From the sequence record NC_055902.1: 40,000 bases of DNA, one strand, 5' to 3'. The translations under genes were made by a program, and so were the position numbers. Position 1 is the stretch's first letter. Every line of letters begins with the position of its first letter. Of the stretch, positions 26,768-35,144 are shown in pieces. Origin of the DNA: an uncultured phage cr131_1. A model generated the notes under the pieces. That model saw only the letters and a list, made by a program, of their open reading frames with translations. It was not told where the DNA came from and ran no database searches.

Positions 26768-26972
26768 AGATGCTATTTTTGTACCAAGCATAGCTGCTTG
26801 TTGCTACCTTTACAGGCCGTACTGTCGGATAATGCACGTTTTGTATGCCGACTCAATTGCCTAAAAGAAAAACTTTCAATAAATCTAATATAGAGGGTTT
26901 CTCAACCTCACGTCCGCCTTAAGGACGACATTTATAACTTTCCGCTGAAAGCATTTTCGGGTTAGACAATGT

Positions 26973-27013
26973 TATCGGGAGAGGAATCGAACCTCTCTAA
27001 AACCATTCCGATA
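26973..27013 (-). ncRNA. Truncated tRNA-like element (acceptor stem + T-arm only, about 41 nt)
   Basis: Reverse complement TATCGGA-ATGGTTTTAG-AGAGG-TTCGATT-CCTCT-CCCGATA-A. T-arm is canonical, acceptor pairs 6/7, D and anticodon arms replaced by a 10-nt linker. Confidence 0.5.
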
Positions 27014-27044
27014 CCCCGGAGTTAACCGGTCTCCACCAGACCTA

Positions 27045-27638
27045 TTAGAACGGTAGGTCATCCGTTTTCTCAGTAACCGGAGTACTGCTTATAGTGGCAG
27101 CAAGCGGGTCTACAGGCTTCTCTTCGTCAGCCTTTACAGGACGTTCAAGAAGGTCATTCTTAAACAATTTAATCTGAGACTCTTTGATATCCATAGGTTC
27201 TACGTATGTTCCATATTTAGATACCTGTGTATATCCTTTCTTGTCGTAAATAACTTTAAGTCTAAGCTTTTTATTGGTAGGAATAAAGGGGTCCAAGGTG
27301 GTTTTAACCCAATTAATCATATCCGTAAAAGAGTTCAACTCTACATCAGGAGCGGCAGTAAAACTGTTGATCAACTGTAGAATGCGTCCAAACTGAATGT
27401 TATCGCGATTCTGCAAGTCTTCATCAGTTTTAATCCACATATTTTTTTCGTTTTTCCACTCTGTGAATTCCGCAGTTTGTCCTGCACCGTTCTCGAATGT
27501 TACACGAAGGAAGTCTTTTCCCTGTGGACTCTTTTCAACCGTTACCGATTTCAACATTACGTCGTCGTTAATGCCTACAGGCATATAATTTGAATTAAAC
27601 TCTTCGTTATTTACAATTGCTGTTTTAGTATTATACAT
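27045..27638 (-). CDS. Single-stranded DNA-binding protein-like
   Basis: Acidic C-terminal tip '...PVTEKTDDLPF' typical of SSBs; sits between primase and recombination ATPase genes. Confidence 0.65.
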   Translation of the reverse strand: MYNTKTAIVNNEEFNSNYMPVGINDDVMLKSVTVEKSPQGKDFLRVTFENGAGQTAEFTEWKNEKNMWIKTDEDLQNRDNIQFGRILQLINSFTAAPDVELNSFTDMINWVKTTLDPFIPTNKKLRLKVIYDKKGYTQVSKYGTYVEPMDIKESQIKLFKNDLLERPVKADEEKPVDPLAATISSTPVTEKTDDLPF

Positions 27639-27665
27639 AATCTCTATTATTTTGACTTATAGTTC

Positions 27666-28415
27666 TTAATCTTTATATATTCTATCCCAATGAGTGGTCA
27701 AGACACCTGTCTCTTCATCCATTTCTGAAATGACAATGTCTTTATTCCTAAGGTGGTCACTACGACAACCCATAGAAATATTTTTACCTGCTTTGAACTT
27801 AATATGTACTTCGTTTCCATCTCTGTACATATATCCTACTCCATCACACTTTCGACACACCATTCCTGACAGTTTTCCTACCAGGTCTAACGATCTTTCT
27901 GACAGTTCTTCGCCTGTAGAAGGATCATTTACAATAGTATCTTTAATGTGACCGATTAAGATAAATTCATCGCATAATTCTTTGAACATATCGATAACCT
28001 TTAATACGGCTTCTCGTAAATACAAATAACCAGAACCTTGTGGAAGGGTTCTAACATCTGTACCTGTCCAATTTTTACCCATTGGTTGTTGTCTATACAA
28101 CGTAGCAGCATAACTTAAACACATCTCCTCAAGAGAAGTTGCATTATCTATAGTTATGTGTCTATAGAAATTATGCCCTACCTCCTTATTCTTAGCTCTA
28201 ATGGCTTGAGCAGCTTCACCTAAATCGTTTATATTTCTACATTGTATTGCCATCGCATCGACAAATGTAGAACCGCCTTCTAGGTCTATGATTAGATTAT
28301 TATCCAGTTGTGCTAAAGCAGAAGTCTTTCCAACTTTTTCACGACCGAACAATACTAAAAACTTTGGATTAGTTGTACTTGCTGGAATCTTTTTAGTAGG
28401 TAATATTAATGGCAT
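27666..28415 (-). CDS. RecA-like/AAA ATPase (Sak4-like phage nucleotide-binding protein)
   Basis: Walker A 'LFGREKVGKTSAL', Walker B-like 'FYRHITIDNATSLEE', C-terminal Cys cluster 'MVCRKCDGVGYMYRDG'. Confidence 0.78.
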   Translation of the reverse strand: MPLILPTKKIPASTTNPKFLVLFGREKVGKTSALAQLDNNLIIDLEGGSTFVDAMAIQCRNINDLGEAAQAIRAKNKEVGHNFYRHITIDNATSLEEMCLSYAATLYRQQPMGKNWTGTDVRTLPQGSGYLYLREAVLKVIDMFKELCDEFILIGHIKDTIVNDPSTGEELSERSLDLVGKLSGMVCRKCDGVGYMYRDGNEVHIKFKAGKNISMGCRSDHLRNKDIVISEMDEETGVLTTHWDRIYKD

Positions 28416-28437
28416 GGCTTATAGCTCTGTTATGTTA

Positions 28438-28902
28438 TTATAAGTTAATATTAATGGTCAAGTTACGAGCATTGGTATAAATATCAATAATCGTATTCTT
28501 CATTTTCGGGGCAATCGCGCTGATAAAATCAGTTGACGTAAAGTCCGAATACTTAAACACATCAAAACCGATCTGGATCTCATCATCGTAGAAGATAATG
28601 GGCGTATTGTCAGACAGGTAATATGTACGACCAATAATAAAGTCATACAGCTTATTCTTAGGCTCCTTATAGTTTGCCAAGAAGTTAGCTGCCTTGAGGA
28701 AGTCAGAAGTGATATCCTCGGCGTAAGAGTTACATACAGTGGGTTTAGTAAACAAATACTGGTTCTTCTTGATCACATCAGCACATATAATGTCGTCAAT
28801 AATCTTAGAATAGTTTGTAGACTTACTTTTGCCGATAATCTCATCGATAAAGTTTTTCTTACTGTTGTTAAAATCACTCTTAGTGAATGTATATGTTTTC
28901 AT
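28438..28902 (-). CDS. Hypothetical protein, 154 aa
   Basis: Intact ORF in a tightly packed operon. Confidence 0.7.
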   Translation of the reverse strand: MKTYTFTKSDFNNSKKNFIDEIIGKSKSTNYSKIIDDIICADVIKKNQYLFTKPTVCNSYAEDITSDFLKAANFLANYKEPKNKLYDFIIGRTYYLSDNTPIIFYDDEIQIGFDVFKYSDFTSTDFISAIAPKMKNTIIDIYTNARNLTININL

Positions 28903-28928
28903 AAAATTCAGCCTTAATTTTGTTTTAC

Positions 28929-29861
28929 TTAAGATACACTTTCAATCAAGTTGTTATACATTAGATCGTTCTCGAATTCAAGGATACAAGGTTTACCCGC
29001 ATCTCTATTTTTCAAGATATGCATATATACCTTGTTTTGTGTAGGTAGATGATTCGGTCCATATTCCGATATATTTAATATTTCCGGTCTATGGATTACT
29101 AACACATAATCACTTGCTTGAAAAATTGCATCAGATGATGATAAATCGCTACGCATTGGGTAATGCGAAAGCGGGTTATTAATTCTTTCAGGCGCTTCTA
29201 TATTTCGATTCATCTGCGCTAATTGTATAATCGACGTAAGTGGTAACTTTTTAGCTTGAATAAATACGCGCTCAAGTTCACTAATAGTCTCTATTACAGA
29301 GCCTACTTGTTTCGTCAATAGGGCATGATCATACAATATCACAAAATGTTTCTTTGTTCCCTTTACATAGGTGTTATAGAAACTAGATATTATTTGTTCA
29401 ACTTGCGTGGGAGTACACGGATTATCTACAAAATAGATAGGATACTCCTTTAGCTGGTTGGAAACAGCGACGACTTTTCTAAATGTTTCTTCGTCGAGGT
29501 CCGTTTCCGAACTATACAGAGTCGAAGTAGTCTTTCGTAATTTATTAGAAAGAGTCCTTCCAACTTGCCTAAACCCAACCATCTCAAGTGAGAAGTTTAA
29601 TACAACAACATCTTCTGAAGAATTTAAATCAATCACATCACTTTGTAGTAAGTTAGCAAAACTAGACTTACCACTTCCTGAAATGCCAGCAATAGTATAA
29701 ACAGTATTGGGTTCTATACCTCCCATACATTGCTTATTAAACTTTTTCCATCTAGTCTTAAGCGACGTAACGGTGTGATCTCGTCTTGCCGCAATGTAGT
29801 TTATAGCTTCTTGTGCTACAACGGACATTGGTCTAACGACATTACAATAATTCTGTTCCAT
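28929..29861 (-). CDS. DnaB-like replicative helicase (SF4)
   Basis: 'GGIEPNTVYTIAGISGSGKSSFANLLQSD', 'LNFSLEMVGFRQVGR', 'LPLTSIIQLAQMNR': DnaB C-domain motifs. Confidence 0.88.
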   Translation of the reverse strand: MEQNYCNVVRPMSVVAQEAINYIAARRDHTVTSLKTRWKKFNKQCMGGIEPNTVYTIAGISGSGKSSFANLLQSDVIDLNSSEDVVVLNFSLEMVGFRQVGRTLSNKLRKTTSTLYSSETDLDEETFRKVVAVSNQLKEYPIYFVDNPCTPTQVEQIISSFYNTYVKGTKKHFVILYDHALLTKQVGSVIETISELERVFIQAKKLPLTSIIQLAQMNRNIEAPERINNPLSHYPMRSDLSSSDAIFQASDYVLVIHRPEILNISEYGPNHLPTQNKVYMHILKNRDAGKPCILEFENDLMYNNLIESVS

Positions 29862-30408
29862 AAGCGTTTGTATTTGTTGTACTATTATCTGCCATCTCTT
29901 CCTCAGTTTCTTCCCATTGATGGTCTATTAACCATCTCCACATCGTCTTCATATAACTAATTTTACCTTCACGAGTCTTTTTATTTATCTCGTATTGAAG
30001 ACAATTGATTAGATGTTCCTTCATTGCTATACTATTACCAGTTGTAACATTAAAGAAATGACGACATTTATTTACGTTTGCACGAAGATAGCTTTTAACA
30101 CCGTCTGGGCGCAATACGTATACTGGGTATATATCATAAAACAGATCGAAATAGTCTTTATCGGGTGCTATTTTTTGTTTAAGGAGATCTGTCTCCTGAT
30201 ATATCTTTGAACTACCTTTCTCTATCAAGGTTACAAGTCCCTGAGAAATTAAGTATGATATTTCATCGTCGCTAATAAGGCTGACAATTTTGCGAACGTC
30301 TTGATTTGGAATTTGATTCTTATTCAATACCATACTTAGGAATATCAACTGATTTAGATTGATATTTGGTACTGCGTTTAGCAGCTTTGTATCTACTTCA
30401 ATAATCAT
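29842..30408 (-). CDS. Hypothetical protein, possible replication accessory/helicase loader
   Basis: Intact ORF overlapping the helicase start; function suggested by position only. Confidence 0.6.
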   Translation of the reverse strand: MIIEVDTKLLNAVPNINLNQLIFLSMVLNKNQIPNQDVRKIVSLISDDEISYLISQGLVTLIEKGSSKIYQETDLLKQKIAPDKDYFDLFYDIYPVYVLRPDGVKSYLRANVNKCRHFFNVTTGNSIAMKEHLINCLQYEINKKTREGKISYMKTMWRWLIDHQWEETEEEMADNSTTNTNAYGTELL

Positions 30409-30439
30409 CTCTTATACTCTTTGGTTAACAAGCTGGTTA

Positions 30440-32323
30440 CTAAAACAGCTCCAACTGTTGACAGACAAATTCTGATATGATTTTATTTGCCTCACCAATA
30501 TAATACTGGTAATTTATATGTCTGTTTTCAATTGGGATATCATTCATCTCGTTTAAGATAGTTACACCAGATTTCGTAAGCATATTCGCTACTTTACCTG
30601 TATCATCTACCTTGAACAAGGAATAATCGTTTGTTGACGCATAGAATCGGTTTATTCGTTGTACAGGTTCATCACCATGTAAAACTTTAAACTTCTTATC
30701 TACGCGTTGGTACATCATAAAGTCTTTAATGTCTTTGGACGATTTGATGTACTCAAAAGTTGGTTGTTTGGTTAAAAAATAGTTTATCACAGCCTTTGGA
30801 ATAATGGCTGGTGCTAACCCCTTACCCAATCTAGGGTCTGTGATAAACATTCCCTTTTTCTCTATCAGTTTAGGGTCATGAGATTGTGAATACCCTTTTT
30901 CGACACCAAAATAGTCATTTATGGCGTACTGATAAAACGCCTCATAGTCATCGGACTCGAAAGTCAGTTGTGTTAATTGTTCAACTTCTGAAACAGCTTC
31001 CTGCACTGCTTCACGTTGTGTCTTTTGAGCAATATACATCACACCATCTGTATTGACCTGCACAATCTTACAGTTCAATTCCAGCAGTCGATCCACTAAC
31101 ATCAATAGTATCAATTGTCCATTGATACGTATCTTAAAGACACTGAATGGATCGTACATCCAACTGGTTTCTTGTTGCATTTTTCCGGTGACAGAATTCA
31201 AAGTTAACTTTAGAGCTAAGTTCTTTAATTTCTGTCCACTATGTTTTGCTTCTATTCGCTCTTTGTATATTTGCGAATATACTTGCCAAAATTCTTTACC
31301 TAGATGACGAGGAATCCATTTATACTTTATGATAAACGAAGGGTACATACTAGCCACATCTGAATGGCCTATGTATTCATTGCCATTAGGAACGAAGATT
31401 TGCGGTGTATGTAAGGAATGTATACCTCCTACACCTACAGAATAGCGTACGTTTGAGAGAACAAACTTCTTCTCATAGCCTTTGCGTTCTTTAGAATATA
31501 CTACTTGGCTCTTCATATCCTCAAGAACGTCTTGTAATTTTGGATTTTTGTACGATATAAACGGTAATATGACGTCTTTTAATGGAATGTAGTCCATAGG
31601 TGAACGCAATGTTTTCACATATTGTTCACTAAGTTTTGTTTGTTCACAATACTTTTTCAATAGAAGTGTCTCTCCGAATTTTACACTATCCATCGATAAG
31701 GCGTCAATACCGTATTCTTTTTCTATAAACAGACGTAGTTGTACGTCGTCTTTCAACCTACTTAGAAGCTCAGTTGTTGACTCTACATCGTTTATATTAT
31801 ATTTTATCATGCTATCTATTTCTGAATCTGGCAGAAACTGACTAAAGTCACCAGAATATTCTTCTACATTTTTGTAGTGCATAGTTACTTGCATTTCTTT
31901 AAGACCTACACGTAACTTAGAACTAAACAACATTGTTAGCAAATCCATCGAGTAGAAATACTTTGCATATTTCCATCGCTTAAATTTACTAATATCACCT
32001 TCTTCAGACGTAATTATTGTATTTGAAAGATTATACAAAGATGTACAAACTTTATCATATGACAATGTATCCATTTTATAGTAAAAATCTATAAGATAGT
32101 TTATTATTACATCATCATAGTGTTTGTTATTATACCCGCAAAACATCTTATCACCTATATTCTTATAAAAGAAAAAATCAACTAATTCTGTTAGTTGATT
32201 TTTACGATCTGATATTTCAAAAAAGTACAATTTATTTTCTTCTGTATCTTTACAAGTACAATGAAATACGTTTGGGAAGATTTCTATGTCGTATACTACT
32301 ACGACGGAATTTCGTATTATCAT
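30440..32323 (-). CDS. Family B DNA polymerase
   Basis: Exo motif 'VVVYDIEIFPNVF', 'CGYNNKHYDDVII'; Pol A 'GHSDVASMYPSFI', Pol B 'ALKLTLNSVTGKMQ', Pol C 'VQVNTDGVMY'. Confidence 0.95.
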   Translation of the reverse strand: MIIRNSVVVVYDIEIFPNVFHCTCKDTEENKLYFFEISDRKNQLTELVDFFFYKNIGDKMFCGYNNKHYDDVIINYLIDFYYKMDTLSYDKVCTSLYNLSNTIITSEEGDISKFKRWKYAKYFYSMDLLTMLFSSKLRVGLKEMQVTMHYKNVEEYSGDFSQFLPDSEIDSMIKYNINDVESTTELLSRLKDDVQLRLFIEKEYGIDALSMDSVKFGETLLLKKYCEQTKLSEQYVKTLRSPMDYIPLKDVILPFISYKNPKLQDVLEDMKSQVVYSKERKGYEKKFVLSNVRYSVGVGGIHSLHTPQIFVPNGNEYIGHSDVASMYPSFIIKYKWIPRHLGKEFWQVYSQIYKERIEAKHSGQKLKNLALKLTLNSVTGKMQQETSWMYDPFSVFKIRINGQLILLMLVDRLLELNCKIVQVNTDGVMYIAQKTQREAVQEAVSEVEQLTQLTFESDDYEAFYQYAINDYFGVEKGYSQSHDPKLIEKKGMFITDPRLGKGLAPAIIPKAVINYFLTKQPTFEYIKSSKDIKDFMMYQRVDKKFKVLHGDEPVQRINRFYASTNDYSLFKVDDTGKVANMLTKSGVTILNEMNDIPIENRHINYQYYIGEANKIISEFVCQQLELF

Positions 32324-32349
32324 GACTCAAAGGTTCTTAGTTAATATGG

Positions 32350-32413
32350 GCCAACAACAGGGCTTGAACCTGTATCTTAACTTTTCGCATTAGTCCTTTT
32401 ATGCTATGTTGGC
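32350..32413 (-). ncRNA. tRNA-like element lacking an anticodon arm (about 64 nt), just upstream of the polB start
   Basis: Reverse complement GCCAACA-TA-GCAT-AAAAGGACTA-ATGC-G-AAAAGTTAAGAT-ACAGG-TTCAAGC-CCTGT-TGTTGGC-C: perfect 7-bp acceptor, canonical D-arm (A14, GG, A21) and T-arm, only 12 nt where about 22 are expected. Confidence 0.55.
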
Positions 32414-32500
32414 TGTCAACAATATTGAAATGTGGTTACTACATTATCAATGCAAGAGGTAGCTTTGTGGCGCCAAATCGTGACACATTTCATTGTATGT

Positions 32501-32590
32501 TGCAGTGATGGGACTCGAACCCACTAAAAGACGTTATCCGCTACGATGTCATCTTTCTTCAGGAACTATGCGCACATAGACTTCACTGCA
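32501..32590 (-). ncRNA. tRNA-like element with canonical acceptor and T-arm, aberrant D/anticodon region (about 90 nt)
   Basis: Reverse complement TGCAGTG...GTGGG-TTCGAGT-CCCAT-CACTGCA-A: perfect 7-bp acceptor and canonical T-arm. No clean D-stem or anticodon stem found by eye. Confidence 0.5.
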
Positions 32591-32601
32591 TGGAAAAATT
32601 A

Positions 32602-33342
32602 TTAAGCTGCTGCTGACAACTTAGGCAGAATTATTCGGCCTTGTGTGTTGTAAGAATCTTTTACCACTATTGATACAAGAGTCTTTATTTTAGCTTTAGT
32701 TGTATTTGCTATTATAGTAGCAGCTTGAATAATCGGTACTTTCTCGGGGCAATGGTTTATACCTCCATATTTGGCTGTACTACCATCAACATCTCGTAAT
32801 TTTCCGATTGTATGCTCTTCATATTTGCCTTCTCGATCTGTTTCAAATCGTCCGACTAATGAAAATTGTCCGTACACTCGTACAGCATGGGCATATGCTT
32901 TCTTCTCAGCTTCTTTTCGGCGCTCTTGCCAAGGAAGTAGAAACTCAGTTTCAAACATATCTTGCTGAATTCCATCTAATTTTATAGGGCAAGGATTTTT
33001 CTTCTCCCATTTGGCCAATTTATGTTTGGCGTATGCCTCAATATGTTCTTTAGAGCTTTTCACTATATCCTTTACGGTGTATTTTTTGTGAAATTCGCCC
33101 TGTTCTGATGGAATCTTTACTTTTTTACCGTCAATTTTGTCATAACGCGACGTATGCGTTAGACTTTTTGGAATGGTAACTTTAAGCTTTTTCCATTCTA
33201 TATGTATGTTTCCTTCTTTATCCACTGTTTTATATGGATTCTTTACGACAGGAGGCACACAGTTATTATTAACGTTATATTTGCGGTTATAGCTGCGCTC
33301 TTGCGCTAACTTTTGTTTATTTATAGTCTTTTTCATAATCAA
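32602..33342 (-). CDS. Hypothetical protein, 246 aa, basic N-terminus
   Basis: Intact ORF. Confidence 0.75.
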   Translation of the reverse strand: MIMKKTINKQKLAQERSYNRKYNVNNNCVPPVVKNPYKTVDKEGNIHIEWKKLKVTIPKSLTHTSRYDKIDGKKVKIPSEQGEFHKKYTVKDIVKSSKEHIEAYAKHKLAKWEKKNPCPIKLDGIQQDMFETEFLLPWQERRKEAEKKAYAHAVRVYGQFSLVGRFETDREGKYEEHTIGKLRDVDGSTAKYGGINHCPEKVPIIQAATIIANTTKAKIKTLVSIVVKDSYNTQGRIILPKLSAAA

Positions 33343-34172
33343 GCGGCTTGTTTAATGGTTTGGTTGAGGGCTTTACGTTCAGCTATTTTAGCTACAGCAT
33401 GAGCGTGTTTAGCCATAAATTTAGCTAAATTCGTAGTCTTCCTACGCGTTTTTGCTGCTTTACGTACTTGTACAGTATTGGCAGTAGGCTTTTTTACAGT
33501 CTTACTAACAGTAGGCTTCTTTGCGGCTTTTTCTTTCGGCTCTTTAGGCTCTACTGCTTTGTATGGCCATAAGTTAAACTTCAATGGCAGACCACGCAGT
33601 TTATTGACAATGTGAATATCTGTGTTCTTTATCCACAGATAGTCATTACTTATATAAGTCGCTGTTATTTTGTTTTCCGCCAATGCTGCAGAAATGGGTT
33701 CTTTCTCTTTTGGATTGAACAATAGTAGCACGTCATAGCGTTTTTGCTCTGCCATTTCTTTCTTTAGTTCCTCGAGAGACTTTTTCATCTCTTCTTCGGA
33801 TTTTTTGCCCGATTTAAGCCGACGTTTTAGCGAGCGCAATCTACGTTGTTCATATTGTTGCTTTCGTAGTTCACGCAGCTTTTCTGTCTTCTCTTTAACA
33901 ATTTCTTTGTCTTTCGGAGTTAGTTCTGTTTTCTTAACTCCACCCATCGACAACAATGCCTTGCTTAATTTATCTATAGCGACTTTACTTAACTTATCTA
34001 AAGCTAACTGATTGTTTGCTATATTTTGTTCTTTCCGTTCGTTCTTTTCTTTCTTAAGTTTGTCTGCCTTTTCCTGTTTCGCTTTAGCTACTTCAGTTTT
34101 ATTCACTGTCTTATTAGACTTGTTCAATGTTACAGACTTCTTTGCCTTTATATTTTTAGTTTTCTTTTTCAT
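33339..34172 (-). CDS. Hypothetical Lys-rich protein, 277 aa
   Basis: Intact ORF; Lys/Ala-rich N- and C-termini around a coiled-coil and a short globular segment; overlaps the next gene. Confidence 0.75.
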   Translation of the reverse strand: MKKKTKNIKAKKSVTLNKSNKTVNKTEVAKAKQEKADKLKKEKNERKEQNIANNQLALDKLSKVAIDKLSKALLSMGGVKKTELTPKDKEIVKEKTEKLRELRKQQYEQRRLRSLKRRLKSGKKSEEEMKKSLEELKKEMAEQKRYDVLLLFNPKEKEPISAALAENKITATYISNDYLWIKNTDIHIVNKLRGLPLKFNLWPYKAVEPKEPKEKAAKKPTVSKTVKKPTANTVQVRKAAKTRRKTTNLAKFMAKHAHAVAKIAERKALNQTIKQAA

Positions 34173-34223
34173 TTTGATAATGATTTTTAATTAAACATGT
34201 TATTACTTAGAGAAAAAGGGAAG

Positions 34224-34284
34224 TGACTCGTTACAGCCACGATCTGTAATTATAGTTACCTATAAGGTCCTTCACGCCGAGTCA
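34224..34284 (-). ncRNA. Compact three-way-junction RNA element
   Basis: Outer 7-bp stem TGACTCG/CGAGTCA (34224-34230/34278-34284) directly abuts TTACAG-CCACGAT-CTGTAA (34231-34249), which abuts TTATAG-TTAC-CTATAA (34250-34265). All stems are perfect. Strand assigned from flanking genes. Confidence 0.6.
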
Positions 34285-34291
34285 GAGTATT

Positions 34292-34837
34292 TTATACAGC
34301 GATATCATCCTTAAACATATCAGATAAGCTTTCGGGAATATCGATCGTAGTCTTCGTATTGAATTTCTCCAATTGAGAATCGTATTTATTCGCTTTCAAC
34401 TGAAGATTCTTTATCAGTTGTGCAATTTTTGCACTAGTAAATGTTTCCTTCTTTCCGGTACCCTTTAGCCCTTTTTGTGATTTTTCTACAGGGTTGATAG
34501 TAGGAATCATTTTGAGTTGAGCAATTGCCTCTTTTGCCTCGCATGCTGCAAAAATAATATAGTTATTGCTCTTCTTAAATGCGGCCAAGTCGAACTTTAG
34601 TCCCATATTAAGATACATCAACATACCTTTAACTATGATACGCTTTTCTGCCATCTGAGTAATCTCATTATGCAGAGATTTAAGGTCACAACCCGAACCG
34701 AGTCCCGCCTTAACTGCTTTAGTTGACATAACGTTTTCGTTACGAATAGTTCGCCAATACTTCGTTATCTTCTCACAAAGATCTTTACGAATGTTAATAA
34801 TGTTACTTGAATTCAATTTCATTGATGTCTTATCCAT
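34292..34837 (-). CDS. Hypothetical protein, 181 aa
   Basis: Intact ORF, TAA stop. Confidence 0.75.
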   Translation of the reverse strand: MDKTSMKLNSSNIINIRKDLCEKITKYWRTIRNENVMSTKAVKAGLGSGCDLKSLHNEITQMAEKRIIVKGMLMYLNMGLKFDLAAFKKSNNYIIFAACEAKEAIAQLKMIPTINPVEKSQKGLKGTGKKETFTSAKIAQLIKNLQLKANKYDSQLEKFNTKTTIDIPESLSDMFKDDIAV

Positions 34838-34896
34838 GTCGTTTTGATTTAAATTAAACTTCAGTTAGTTGAATTCGAGTTCATCATCTACCTGTA

Positions 34897-34924
34897 TTTA
34901 TTATACGTACAACTGTATAATAAA
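34897..34924. repeat. Perfect 10-bp inverted repeat, 8-nt loop
   Basis: TTTATTATAC-GTACAACT-GTATAATAAA in an intergenic region. Confidence 0.8.
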
Positions 34925-34971
34925 TTGACATATCTACCCTTGAACATTGAAATCCGCAGATACAATGCTCT

Positions 34972-34988
34972 GATTTGTAATACAAATC
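34972..34988. repeat. Perfect 7-bp inverted repeat, 3-nt loop
   Basis: GATTTGT-AAT-ACAAATC. Confidence 0.7.
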
Positions 34989-35144
34989 GTTTAGGATAGA
35001 TACGCCGCTATTTTGCTGATATATGGTAATATAGATCAGTTATAACATTTGTAAATACTTTTTAATAATCTCAGTAAGATGTGCTATAAATACCTCGGTA
35101 ATACAGCACGAAATCCCGCAAGATTTATATAATTACTTTAATCA

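Noticed and set aside
32350-32413. Candidate TAG suppressor tRNA because CTA occurs in the element
   Set aside because: The CTA lies in the D-loop (AAAAGGACTA), and there is no anticodon stem. The suppressor, if phage-encoded, is probably outside this window.
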